The notes below the pieces were generated by a model, which saw only the letters and a list, made by a program, of their open reading frames with translations, was not told the DNA's origin and did no database searches. A stretch of 64,000 bases of DNA, from positions 1,696,001 through 1,760,000 of the forward strand of contig CP122380.1 in NCBI GenBank assembly GCA_024650005.2. The letters are read 5' to 3'. Positions 40,066 to 47,488 of this stretch are shown piece by piece (position 1 is the first letter of the stretch; every line of letters starts with the position of its first letter). Origin of the DNA: Candidatus Bathyarchaeum tardum (lineage in GTDB: Archaea; Thermoproteota; Bathyarchaeia; Bathyarchaeales; Bathyarchaeaceae). A program made the position numbers and the translations under genes.

Positions 40066-40356
40066 ATGGTCTTTATCTATTGTAAAACTTCAGATGACCT
40101 CAAACAGGTCGGACAATTAATTTGCACAGAAAACACTGTTGCAGGCAAAGATGATCACGCATGGAAAACTGAAGAATCAGACGACGACTGCTACGCCATA
40201 CAAACAAGCTGCAACAAAAACACCGCAGCAATACTCTCCCAAATAAGCAACAACGTAATCTGTATAGAAACCGACGACAACTGCGCACCAAAAATAATTG
40301 AACCCTTAATCAAAAAATACGGATTCAACCAAGTCAAATGGCTACTAACAAAATAA
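40066..40356 (+). CDS. Small Cys/Asp-rich hypothetical protein
   Basis: SD GGGGAG; 6 Cys; co-oriented with the SHOCT genes. Confidence 0.7.
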   Translation: MVFIYCKTSDDLKQVGQLICTENTVAGKDDHAWKTEESDDDCYAIQTSCNKNTAAILSQISNNVICIETDDNCAPKIIEPLIKKYGFNQVKWLLTK

Positions 40357-40489
40357 CTGCCATAGTTTCTAATTTTTTTCTTCTGAAATAGTTATTTTGG
40401 TGTTTTGTGGATAAGGTTAGCTTTGCCAAATTTAATGTCAAAACAGTAATTATAGACTGTCTTTTTCAACCTTGCGTGTAAAAGTTGTT

Positions 40490-40532
40490 AGTAGTTGTTG
40501 TTTTTTGTGTAGGAGCAGTCACAACAACTACT
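40490..40532. repeat. 12-bp inverted repeat with GTT/AAC arms
   Basis: AGTAGTTGTTGT-N19-ACAACAACTACT. Confidence 0.7.
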
Positions 40533-40573
40533 TCTAGAGGGATATTATTGTTCACTAAGGTGTTTTGCCGTTG

Positions 40574-40606
40574 TATTATAGTATTGTTACTATAATATTA
40601 TAGTAA
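40574..40606. promoter_or_regulatory. Perfect 20-bp palindrome plus third half-site (putative autoregulatory operator)
   Basis: TTACTATAATATTATAGTAA at 40587-40606 and TATTATAGTA at 40574-40583, directly before TATA-like TTATAT. Confidence 0.6.
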
Positions 40607-40637
40607 TTCTTATATGTTTGATTTATTTTAGTTAGTT

Positions 40638-41708
40638 ATGCCGGAGAAAAACAAAATGGACAAATCTACACTGCAAATTTTTGACATATTATCATCTAAC
40701 CTAGGTGATTCTTTGTCCATTAGCACATTAACAAAGAAAATTAAAGAAAAATACGGTAATTCATATTATGCAAATATTTATCAAAAAATACAAAAACTCA
40801 AGAAACAAAACTTAATCAATTTAGATCAAATAGGAAGAACGTCCTTAATTGAGCTAAACTTTCAAAACTACCTATTGTTAGATTTCTTGACTGAAATGGA
40901 CATTGAAAAAAAAAGAAAGTTTTTCAAAAATAAGCCTGAATTATTGCCGATTCTTATTGAATTGGAACAATCCATGAACAATATGTGTTCCATAAGGACT
41001 TTTGGTTCAATAAAAATTGAAAGAAACATTAAACTCAACAGAATCGAATTGTTATTTCTTCTAAAGAAATCCTCAAATTATCATAGTCTAACAATCTGGA
41101 TTCACAAAGGATTATTAGACATACAAAAAAAATATAATATCCAAATCACAGGGTTAATTACTACTCAAAACAAATTTTCCGAGCTAACAGCATCAAATGA
41201 AATAAATCCCATCAGAGAATTTCTACCACACATTTTGAATCTTTTTTGTCCTCAATCATTCTGGAGAGAAATAAAATCAATTAAAGAAAAATCTAAAATT
41301 AGAACGGTTATGGACGAACTAAAACCTACCAAAATTTCTGACACTGATTTATTTTACAACCTTAATCGATGTGGGTATAAAGAATTTGGTTGGGAAATTG
41401 GATCGGGAAAAAAAATTTGCATTGAATACATTATAATGGCAATGTTACTTCGAAACGATTTTAGACTTTTTGAGGCAATACCCATAATAATTTCTAAAAA
41501 CAAGTTTGATGCAAATCTTTTGATATTCCTTTGTCAGAAATTTCATACATCCGAAAAACTATTAGGTTTACTTAAAGCAATTAAAGAAATAAAACCAGAA
41601 AATGAAATCATAAAAACTATCGAAATATTTGATAGTTTACAAATTAAAGAGACTCCAACAAACAAACAAGACATAATAGAAAAAATGAAGCTTTACAATG
41701 CCACTTGA
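40638..41708 (+). CDS. wHTH-containing protein, putative antitoxin/regulator
   Basis: N-terminal wHTH (LSISTLTKKI..SYYANIYQKIQKL..NLI...IGRTSLI); degenerate NTase-like FGS region; very AT-rich. Confidence 0.7.
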   Translation: MPEKNKMDKSTLQIFDILSSNLGDSLSISTLTKKIKEKYGNSYYANIYQKIQKLKKQNLINLDQIGRTSLIELNFQNYLLLDFLTEMDIEKKRKFFKNKPELLPILIELEQSMNNMCSIRTFGSIKIERNIKLNRIELLFLLKKSSNYHSLTIWIHKGLLDIQKKYNIQITGLITTQNKFSELTASNEINPIREFLPHILNLFCPQSFWREIKSIKEKSKIRTVMDELKPTKISDTDLFYNLNRCGYKEFGWEIGSGKKICIEYIIMAMLLRNDFRLFEAIPIIISKNKFDANLLIFLCQKFHTSEKLLGLLKAIKEIKPENEIIKTIEIFDSLQIKETPTNKQDIIEKMKLYNAT

Positions 41709-42210
41709 CAAAACAAGTTTATTTGATTTCCTAGAGGTACTTGATAAAGAGTTAGAGAAAAAAATTACTCTTGTAGCAGTTGGAGGAACAGCTATGACTC
41801 TTTTAGACCTAAAATCCTCAACAATAGATATTGATTTTACAATTCCATCTGAAAACCGAGACGAATACGAAAAAGCAGTATCAAACATACCGCATGGTCT
41901 AAAAATCGATGTTTGGGATGATGGAATAATATTTTCTCAAATTCTTCCTTCAGATTATTTGCAAAAAAGTGTAAAGATCAAAGAATATGAAAATATCGAA
42001 TTATTAGCATTAAACCCTGTTGACATTATAGTCACAAAGATAGGTCGATCAAATGACAGAGACCTTCAAGACATTCAATTGTGCATCACAAAAACAAATT
42101 TATCAAGAAAGGAAATTATTACCCGAGGAAAGTTAACAGAATATGTTGGTAACCGTGAAAATTATGATAATAATCTAAACATTATAATTGGACGTTTTTT
42201 TACCAAATGA
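41698..42210 (+). CDS. AbiEii/DUF6036-like nucleotidyltransferase
   Basis: AVGGTAM..L..K.STIDIDF, DIIVTKIGR..DRDLQDI; overlaps the upstream gene. Confidence 0.75.
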   Translation: MPLDKTSLFDFLEVLDKELEKKITLVAVGGTAMTLLDLKSSTIDIDFTIPSENRDEYEKAVSNIPHGLKIDVWDDGIIFSQILPSDYLQKSVKIKEYENIELLALNPVDIIVTKIGRSNDRDLQDIQLCITKTNLSRKEIITRGKLTEYVGNRENYDNNLNIIIGRFFTK

Positions 42211-42242
42211 AAACTGCGTTTTTGACATTATTTTAATGCATT

Positions 42243-42311
42243 CCTAAGTGGGATTTGATCTTACGACCAACAGCATAAGGCGACCGCTCTACCTGACCGA
42301 GCCAATGAGGC
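42243..42311 (-). pseudogene. Degenerate copy of tRNA-Thr(TGT)
   Basis: Aligns to 47309-47380 (GGGATTTGATC, CGACCAACAGC, CCGCTCTACC, GAGCCA..GAGGC); broken stems and 2-nt loss in the anticodon region; 5' flank also duplicated. Confidence 0.8.
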
Positions 42312-42423
42312 GTGTGTCATCTGGTTTTGTTGTTTGTTTTTAGACGGATTTGTATATGGATTCATCTTCTCGAGGGATTGAAAATAGCATTGGACTTTGA
42401 CATGGTATACAAGAAAGAATACG

Positions 42424-43698
42424 TTAGAGTTTTTTCCTTAATATTACAACTACAAGAACACCAGTCAAAAACAAAGGAAAAATAGTCCATGAAGCAAATT
42501 CGGGAATTATGCCCTGTTGGTTGGTTTTTATTGCTAAGAATTTCATGTCGCCCCCAGGTGGACCAGATAATGAGTATCCAGCCAGGGCGAATCCGCCATC
42601 AGATGTTTCAATGATGGATTGTGCCCTTTCATCCCATTCATCTCCGTATGTTTGGTTCCATTCTAGTTTTCCTGACCCATCAGTTTTGATTAACCAAAAA
42701 TCTTCAACATTAAAAGGATCAGTTGTTGCATCTGCCTTTGTTTTGTAACCCGCTAGAGCATATCCACCGTCAGAGGTTTGAATTAACGAATTAGCCTCGT
42801 CATTTTCTACTCCACCATATGTTTGGTTCCACTCCATATTTCCGTGAATGTCAGCTTTAATTAGCCAAACATCAGCTTTTCCAGCACCAAAAGACTCGGT
42901 CATGCCAGCTAAGGCGTATCCACCGTCAGATGTCTCAACCAAAGAAAATGCATGGTCGTCACCTAATCCGCCATATGTTTGATTCCACTGGACAATTCCA
43001 TTTGAGTCAGTTTTTATCAGCCAACAATCAAAACCTCCAGCTCCAAAAGATTGCGTGCTACCAGCTATCGCATACCCTCTCTCGGAAGTCTTAATCAAAG
43101 AATAAGCAACATCATTTGCTGCGCCCCCCAAATTCCGGTTTCATTCCATAATTCCATTTGCATCCGTTTTAACTAACCATAAATCAGAATTTTCAACCCC
43201 AAATGATTTAGTATAACCAGCTATCATAAATCCGCCATCAGAGGTTTCAACCAGCGAGTAAGCCACATCCCATTCTGATCCCCCATAAGTCCGGTTCCAG
43301 AGCATACTTCCCTTTGAATCAGTTTTAACTAACAAAAAATCTGGACCGCCCGCACCAAAAGATTCGGTGTATCCAACTAGAGCGTATCCACCATCAGATG
43401 TTGAAACCAACGAGTAAGCCATATCATAACTGTTTCCGCCATAGGAATTGATCCATTGCATACTGCCATTTCCATATGTTTTAACTAAACAAAAATCATA
43501 ACTAACACCAAGAGCCTGTTGACCGCCTGCTATTGCATATCCTCCATCAGGCGTCTCAATCAAAGAATAAGGCATTGCCGCGTCTTCAGTTCCAAATGTT
43601 TGACTCCAACCTACAGAAGAAGCCCCAACACAACTAACAAAGAATATACTAATTAAAATAAACAACAAAGTTGAAAGAAACGGTTTCTGAAAGGGCAT
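42424..43698 (-). pseudogene. Secreted ~50-aa repeat (beta-propeller-like) protein with PEF-CTERM-like tail, interrupted by an in-frame TGA
   Basis: Both track ORFs are in the same frame; TGA at 43141-43143 replaces the W of the WNxTYGG repeat; ends IIPEFASW-TM-RKKL. Confidence 0.8.
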
Positions 43699-43745
43699 AT
43701 AGACTCCACTAAATAACTTTTAACACTTCAATTAAGAAAGTTTTT

Positions 43746-43761
43746 GTCAAGAAACCTTGAC
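43746..43761. promoter_or_regulatory. GTCAA-N6-TTGAC operator copy 1
   Basis: GTCAAGAAACCTTGAC upstream of the 43698 gene; matches 45990 and 46024. Confidence 0.7.
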
Positions 43762-43787
43762 CAAAGCCATTTCATTGTGTTATGGTT

Positions 43788-44000
43788 TTATTCGCTTTCA
43801 GTTTTTGCTTCTTTTATTGATTTGAATATTTTTCTGCCTACAAAATGTGTGATGGCTTTTTCGTCAAGATGTTGAACGTAAAAGTCGATGTGCAAGTTGT
43901 TTCCAGCGGTTTCCAGTTCAGCCACTAGCGAACCAATCGTATGACATCTTTTACAGTAAACTTGTCCCAGATACTTTTCGGTAATATGTTCTTTTGGCAT
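43788..44000 (-). CDS. Small putative Zn-binding protein (mobile-element type)
   Basis: YCKRC...QH...TH; SD GGGGA. Confidence 0.55.
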   Translation of the reverse strand: MPKEHITEKYLGQVYCKRCHTIGSLVAELETAGNNLHIDFYVQHLDEKAITHFVGRKIFKSIKEAKTESE

Positions 44001-44109
44001 TATCTAATCCCCTTCTTTTTCCTAAACCTCACAACAACACACTTCACAGGCGCAACAATCAAGTTATGAAAATAAATTAAAATAAAAATTTTTCATAATA
44101 TTTAGAAAA

Positions 44110-44128
44110 TGGAGCGTCGGGCGGATTT
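44110..44128 (-). repeat. Degenerate tRNA-Thr 3'-end duplication (att-like)
   Basis: TGGAGCGTCGGGC-GGATTT versus TGGAGCCTCGGGCGGGATTT at 47304. Confidence 0.65.
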
Positions 44129-44185
44129 AATTTTTCCAAATGCTACTTTTTTGATTTTTTATTCAGATGTATGTGGTTAGTGGCG

Positions 44186-44281
44186 TATTGTTGTATTGTA
44201 TTGTATACAGTTTGTTCTACAGTATTGTGAACTAAAAGTTATACAATTGTGTGTTACACAGTACTGTAGTACTGTACTGTC
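44186..44281. repeat. Cluster of ACAGTACTGT-like short palindromes
   Basis: ACAGTTTGT, ACAGTATTGT, ACAATTGT, ACAGTACTGT, GTACTGTACTGT within 100 bp. Confidence 0.5.
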
Positions 44282-44561
44282 GATGCGGGTTCATTCGTTG
44301 GCGGTACATCATGCTACGAACTCCACCATAAATTCAGGAACAGACGGGTTAGCGTTTCAACGATATCTGCGGAAGCAATCACAACAAGAAATGTTCCCAT
44401 TGCCAGAATAAACGCTACAAGTAGATAAGAAACGGATTTTACTATATTATTCATTCCACTTTACAGCATTAATAATTACTATAACTACTTAGAAAAGGGT
44501 TTTTCTTAGAAAAATTGACAAAAGATTAGTCAGTTGAGTTTTTGTTGGCGATGGCACTTTT

Positions 44562-44705
44562 TTATGGGACGTAGGTAATTATTTTTTTGCATTTTGGGCA
44601 GTGGATGTGTCGTAAGGAGTTTTGCGAGTTGTATCCTGAAATGGTAGCGTCTTTTTTGGGGAGAACATAGCCACAGTTTTTGCAGGTGTAGCTGTTTTTT
44701 GGCAT
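44562..44705 (-). CDS. 47-aa C4 zinc-finger microprotein (not in track)
   Basis: MPKNSYTCKNCG...IHCPKCKKIITYVP. Confidence 0.7.
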   Translation of the reverse strand: MPKNSYTCKNCGYVLPKKDATISGYNSQNSLRHIHCPKCKKIITYVP

Positions 44706-44709
44706 GTTG

Positions 44710-44835
44710 TTAGGTCTCGTAGAATTTTATGACATTTTTTGCGGCGGTTTGGGAGATGCCGTGCTTGATTAGTTGGGTGTATAGTTTTTTTGTGTCTTTG
44801 GGTGTGATTTTGTCTTTTTTGGTCAAAAGGTGCAT
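44710..44835 (-). CDS. 41-aa basic microprotein (not in track)
   Basis: SD GGAG; MHLLTKKDKITPKDTKKLYTQLIKHGISQTAAKNVIKFYET; tightly packed with its neighbours. Confidence 0.55.
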   Translation of the reverse strand: MHLLTKKDKITPKDTKKLYTQLIKHGISQTAAKNVIKFYET

Positions 44836-44847
44836 CTTGTTTTTCTC

Positions 44848-45012
44848 CTAGGGTTTAGTTATTCCCAATGCGGTTAGTTTGCCTCGGATTGCTTCGGCAA
44901 CAGACTCGGTAACGCACCTATAACCCAAATCAGTTCTCCCCTTAACCAACCCCATCACCTTACAATACAACCCCGAAAAAACGCTCACAGAATCATAACT
45001 CACAACAGGCAA
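44848..45012 (-). CDS. 54-aa ribbon-helix-helix-like protein, possibly degenerate (not in track)
   Basis: SD GGAG + TTG; YDSVSV..LY.KV..LV....LGY..VTE.VAEAIRGKL. Confidence 0.6.
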   Translation of the reverse strand: MPVVSYDSVSVFSGLYCKVMGLVKGRTDLGYRCVTESVAEAIRGKLTALGITKP

Positions 45013-45163
45013 CTTTTTTGTCTCCTTTTTTTCTTTCTATCCTCAATTTTGCATGTTTTATGAGTTTATTTTACTGTAGGTTAGTATAAAATGTTTGTGT
45101 ATGATTGGACATGAATGAACATAAAGTTCTATAGCAGTGAGCCTGAAAAAAGCATGAACACCA

Positions 45164-45316
45164 ATGGTCAAAAAAAGAGTCGCAGTAACAATACGAGACG
45201 ACCTAATAAACTGGCTAGACAAACAAGTTCAAACCATGCGCTTCCACAATCGCAGCCACGGCATAGAATTCGCACTACAAAAACTAAAAGAAACAAACCA
45301 AAACAAAAAAGACTAA
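45164..45316 (+). CDS. 50-aa ribbon-helix-helix (CopG-like) protein (not in track)
   Basis: MVKKRVAVTIRDDLINWLDKQVQTMRFHNRSHGIEFALQKLKE. Confidence 0.8.
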   Translation: MVKKRVAVTIRDDLINWLDKQVQTMRFHNRSHGIEFALQKLKETNQNKKD

Positions 45317-45444
45317 ACGTTACATTAAGCTCGTAAACTGTTTGCAGTCCAATAGTGCGGTGCAAAAAATTAAGAAAAAACCTGTTTTTCAAAAGTCAAC
45401 TGCGATCAGATTACTAAGAGACATTACAAACATGCGCAAATAAA

Positions 45445-45963
45445 CTAGAGTTTTTTCCTGAATATCACAACTGCAAGAATGCCAATAATTAACACAGGTA
45501 AAAAAGTCCATGAAGGAAACTCTGGAATGGAGTTTATGTTTTGCTCAATAATTAGTTCCCATGTTGCTGGTGATGGGCTAACCCAAATAATGAATGTTCC
45601 AATAGAGCCGTGTATGTTTAGTGTTCCATTTTCATTTGCAGTGGTTCTAATAGACCCAATTGAATTGTTAGTATAAATAGAACCATCTTCTGTAACATCA
45701 TCCTCATGAAGGACATAAAAATCAAAGTGTTCAATTTCATGAAAAAGGTTGTTGGTTTCCCATAATACTCTCCATTCTTCATGATAAATTTGGAATGGGT
45801 CAGATACACCAAAAGTAAAAGCAGTTCCATTAAATCTTGCAACTTCAACCCAATTTTCTGAAGATGCAAAAACAACTTTAGGTACACAGGTTGAAAAGAA
45901 TAAAATAGTCATCAGTGAACTGATAATCATTACACGTTTCAATGTGTTCACAAACAATTTCAT
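45445..45963 (-). CDS. Secreted protein with PEF-CTERM-like tail
   Basis: Signal peptide; ends SIPEFPSW-TM-RKKL. Confidence 0.8.
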   Translation of the reverse strand: MKLFVNTLKRVMIISSLMTILFFSTCVPKVVFASSENWVEVARFNGTAFTFGVSDPFQIYHEEWRVLWETNNLFHEIEHFDFYVLHEDDVTEDGSIYTNNSIGSIRTTANENGTLNIHGSIGTFIIWVSPSPATWELIIEQNINSIPEFPSWTFLPVLIIGILAVVIFRKKL

Positions 45964-45989
45964 TATTTGGAGAAAATAAGAGGGTTTTT

Positions 45990-46039
45990 GTCAAGAAACA
46001 TTGACCAAAAACAGTCCCCAAAGGTCAAGAAAGTTTGAC
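45990..46039. promoter_or_regulatory. GTCAA-N6-TTGAC operator copies 2 and 3
   Basis: 45990-46005 and 46024-46039; the latter overlaps the TTG start of the RHH gene. Confidence 0.7.
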
Positions 46040-46203
46040 CAAATTAACAAAAGTAAAACTAACGGTTACAATCACACCCGAAATTTTCAAATGGATGGAC
46101 GAAAAAATCAAAAAGGGTTTTCTTCGCAGACAAGAGCCACGCAGTCCAGTACTCACTAATGAAAGTCAAAGAACTAATCAAAAAGGGCGAAATCAAGTTT
46201 TAA
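46035..46203 (+). pseudogene. Frameshifted RHH regulator
   Basis: Removing one T in GGGTTTTC (~46118) gives KVKLTVTITPEIFKWMDEKIKKGFFADKSHAVQYSLMKVKE, a paralogue of the 45164 RHH. Confidence 0.7.
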
Positions 46204-46388
46204 CAAGTTTTATGAGTTCATAAGAAATTTCAAGAATAAAAACATAGAAAACGACAAAGCTTAGACACTTTGATTAATGAAGAAGGAATCACCACAGAAG
46301 AGACGTGGGCATGTCTCATCTTTTTGCACTATAACAAGTCTACTGAAAAAGAATCCTTAAGTGTCTTACTGCAGACAGGCAATCGTGC

Positions 46389-47141
46389 CTATTGCACTGA
46401 ATGAGGTTTCATGGAAGTGAGGCAGTACATTGCCCAACCAATGTATTGGCGCTGGAACTGTAAATAATCATCTTGGGAATTACGAAAATGCTTGAATACC
46501 TGTTCATGGTCAGGGTGAGAGGGATTTTCTTCAAGCCAGCGTATTAGTCCATACCAACTATCCGAAGAGTACCTCTCCCAGTCGTCATGGCTGGCACGGA
46601 TGATGTATTCGAGTTCAAAGCCTTCATCCCGGGTAATTTGAGCTAGTTCCAGTTCAGTGTGGGTACTTGTCTGTTTTTGGGCATATTCCGGATTTACCTG
46701 ATCGTTAATCCAGTGGGTTTCAACGATACCAAGGCGTCCATTCTGATGAATAGCCCGTTTCATTGCCTGGATTGTCTCCTTGAAGCCACCCCAAATAAAC
46801 GTCGCCCCGATACATGTTGCGGCATCGAAAGCTCTCTCTTCAAATACGTAGTCAGCTCCGTTGGAGCAAACGATTTTGATTCTGTCAGATAACCCTTTCA
46901 CAGCCAGCTTTTTCTTAGCCCTGTCACAGTAATCCTTGGATATATCGATGCCAATACCATTGATCCCGAATTCTTCAGCCCAGATAATGAGGGTCTCAGC
47001 ACTACCACAACCAAAGTCGATGACCCGGTTTCCTTCTTTCAATTTAAGTAGTTTGCCAAGTTTGATGATTTTTTCAGACGTTGAAGGGTTTAGTATCTCC
47101 ATATAGCGGTGTGAGATACTCATAAGGTCAAAGAAATCCAT
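46389..47141 (-). CDS. Class I SAM-dependent methyltransferase
   Basis: VIDFGCGS, GIDIS, FDAATCIGATFIWGG. Confidence 0.9.
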   Translation of the reverse strand: MDFFDLMSISHRYMEILNPSTSEKIIKLGKLLKLKEGNRVIDFGCGSAETLIIWAEEFGINGIGIDISKDYCDRAKKKLAVKGLSDRIKIVCSNGADYVFEERAFDAATCIGATFIWGGFKETIQAMKRAIHQNGRLGIVETHWINDQVNPEYAQKQTSTHTELELAQITRDEGFELEYIIRASHDDWERYSSDSWYGLIRWLEENPSHPDHEQVFKHFRNSQDDYLQFQRQYIGWAMYCLTSMKPHSVQ

Positions 47142-47303
47142 GGCTCGAACCTCTTTCAGGAAATTATAACTTTATTAATAAAGATGTTGTGGGCTATTTT
47201 GGAAACCAATTTCGGATGTATTTTTATCATAGTCAGCTTATGCCCGATAGAGATAGACAAAAGTTTAACCTTTATTTTATTCTTGAAAAGATGAATTGAA
47301 TAA

Positions 47304-47380
47304 TGGAGCCTCGGGCGGGATTTGATCCCGCGACCAACAGCTTACAAGGCTGCCGCTCTACCGGGCTGAGCCACCGAGGC
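47304..47380 (-). tRNA. tRNA-Thr(TGT), CCA encoded, T-loop ATCAAAT
   Basis: GCCTCGG acceptor, GCTC/GAGC D-stem, GCAGC-CTTGTAA-GCTGT, GCGGG-ATCAAAT-CCCGC, U73-CCA. Confidence 0.93.
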
Positions 47381-47459
47381 GCGTTGTTTCCGGTTTTGTT
47401 ATTTGTTGTTAGATGGTCTTGCCTATAGATTTTATGTTTTCTAAAAAAATATGTACAAA

Positions 47460-47487
47460 AAGAAAAGGGAAAAAGTCCCGTTTTCTT
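47460..47487 (-). terminator. Hairpin after pckG
   Basis: AAGAAAA-GGGA-N5-TCCC-G-TTTTCTT, U-rich on the minus strand. Confidence 0.4.
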
Positions 47488-47488
47488 G

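Larger units (their letters stand above)
44110..47323. mobile_element. Remnant integrative element at tRNA-Thr(TGT) (no integrase left)
   Basis: Bounded by the tRNA 3' end and its degenerate duplicate; contains RHH/Zn-finger microgenes and cargo. Confidence 0.5.

Noticed and set aside
43141-43143. Selenocysteine or genetic-code reassignment
   Set aside because: Position corresponds to Trp, not Cys; TGA ends many intact genes in the window
45115-45392. Track ORFs 45115-45336 (+) and 45168-45392 (-)
   Set aside because: Alternative frames of the better-supported RHH at 45164-45316
46112-46122. Programmed -1 frameshift at GGGTTTT
   Set aside because: Restoring the RHH needs a +1 shift, so a simple insertion or error is more likely
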